Below, piece by piece: positions 62,456-64,000 of a stretch of DNA of 64,000 nucleotides. Below the pieces are notes generated by a model that was not told the DNA's origin, made no database searches, and worked only from the letters and a program-made list of their open reading frames with translations. A program made the translations under genes and the position numbers. Position 1 is the first letter of the stretch, and the number at the start of each line of letters is the position of its first letter. This DNA is from the human T2T-CHM13v2.0 reference genome, Homo sapiens: NCBI RefSeq assembly GCF_009914755.1, contig NC_060942.1. The stretch is one strand, 5' to 3'.

Positions 62456-64000
62456 AGAGTGGGGCCAAGATGATGGACTACAAGTAGTTTCTGTGAGCTG
62501 CTATTCTGGAGAGGAAACAAGGTTTAGAGAACATGAACTCTGCAGGCTGATCATCTGATAAACCACATTAGGATATATCAAGGTAGCAAGGAAAGACAGA
62601 GAACAGAGAGGATTGAAGCTGGGCACCAGCCTGTCTGGGCTCAGCTCAAAGCCAGGAGAACCTTTCCAAAACAGAAAGAGTGAGTGAGAACGCCCAGAGA
62701 GATTCGTGCTCTCCACAGGGACTTGTGCATGACTAGGAATGGGAGAATCACTCTGGCTCTCCCACACAACCCCATCATGCTTCTAGACTGAGGCAAAGAT
62801 CCACCCAGATGTTTTTCGGGGGTAACTCCCAAGTCCAAGGTGACCTCTACAAGGCTTGGGTCCTGGAGAAGAACTGCACCAGCACCGTAGTCCGAACAGA
62901 GGCCACAGTTGTGGTTCCTGAGAGCACTAACATTGCTCCACCACCACTTGCTGGCCAGGACTCAGTGCCAGCAGTCCTGCTTCAGGCCAAACATGGCTGG
63001 CCACCCCTCCTACTCCTGTCACTGGTAGCCAAATGGGCAATGTTTGCTGGAGCCTTCAGCCCAGTGGTCCCACTTGTGTGTAAATTCAGCTGGAGGGTGC
63101 AGCTTCCTGTTGTCATGGGAAACACCCAGAGAGTAGAGCACTAGACCCTACCTGCCTTTGCCACTGGTAGTCAAGTGACAATGCCTGCTAGAGCTTCTAG
63201 CCCAGTGGCTCCACTGTTGCGTTAGCTCAACTGAAGAGCACAACTTCCTGTTGTCATGGGAGACACCTGTACAGCAGAGCATGAGACCCCATCCACCCCC
63301 ACCTCTGGTAGGTGGGCAATGCCTGCTAGAGCTTCTAGCCCAGAAGCCTTGCTTCTGTGTGAACTTAGCCAAAGTGCACAGATTCCTGTCATCATAGGAA
63401 ATACCCAGATGGCAGAGCACGAGACCACACCCCCCACCCTGCCATTTGTAGTGAGGTGGGCAACACCTGCTGGAGTTTCTAGCCCAGCAACCTTGCATCT
63501 GGGTGAGCTCAGCTGGAGAACACAGCCTCCTGATGTTCCAAGAAATACCCAGTCAGCAGGGTGCATAACCCTACCAACCACTGCCATTGATAGGCAGGCA
63601 ACACCTGCTACAGCTTCCAGTCTAGTGGTTCTGTCTTCCTGAATTTGCCAAAGAGTGCATCCTCCTGTTGCCCTGGAAATGCCTGGAAGGCAGGGCTGGC
63701 CATCACCCGCTCCCCACTTCCTGTTGCCAGGAGTTTTCAACCCACTAGAGTTTTCATCCCAACAGTCCTGCTACCACAAAAACTCTGTAGGTAGATGAAA
63801 CCTCTTGTTTCCCCAGGAAGCACACAAATATCAGATTAGAGCTGACCCAGCAAGGACACAGCTTGTCAGCCAACTGCAGCCCCAGCTTGAGGGAGCACTG
63901 TGGACCCTAATGCCTAACAAAAAAAAATGAGGACATGGAGACAGTAATCAGAAGGAGCTCTTCCAAAACCCAGGAACAGACTAGAATCAATGCCAGACAG
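62456..64000 (+). mobile_element. 5' UTR of a second L1 (L1PB/L1MA-like) with about six ~141-bp tandem units; runs off the window
   Basis: Starts 'ggggccaagatg...gactacaag'; unit anchors near 63020, 63162, 63303, 63442, 63584, 63721. Confidence 0.8.

Noticed and set aside
62809-63740. Longest ORFs (111-172 aa) with repeated peptide motifs
   Set aside because: They come from the GC-richer ~141-bp L1 5' UTR repeat; overlapping frames on both strands and no recognisable domain
63017-63830. Regularly spaced repeats as a CRISPR-like array
   Set aside because: Primate DNA, whole units are homologous with no unique spacers, and no cas genes

Overview
AT-rich, non-coding primate genomic DNA (human-like: AluJ/AluS, L1PA, THE1/MST). 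It is either intergenic or inside a very long intron. I can support no protein-coding gene: most listed ORFs are Alu, L1 or LTR translation artefacts and I recognise no protein in the rest. The window is a mosaic of transposon relics: 9 Alus, about 8 L1 pieces including a ~7.7 kb nested old L1, about 20 LTR/ERV relics, DNA transposons, L2, MIR and L3, plus microsatellites and a degenerate U6 fragment. Subfamily names come from recalled consensus sequences, not a search, and old-repeat boundaries are approximate. I see no convincing new biological system. The best leads are: (i) a 36-bp-stem hairpin split by an Alu (41320-41759); (ii) a solo LTR flanked by a ~47-bp duplication instead of a 4-bp TSD (35364-35891); (iii) a recent 126-bp templated duplication with a fold-back hairpin junction (4771-4914) and other template-switch scars; (iv) recursive-splice-site-like AG|GTAAG motifs and several well-formed candidate exons that may belong to a spliced non-coding transcript.
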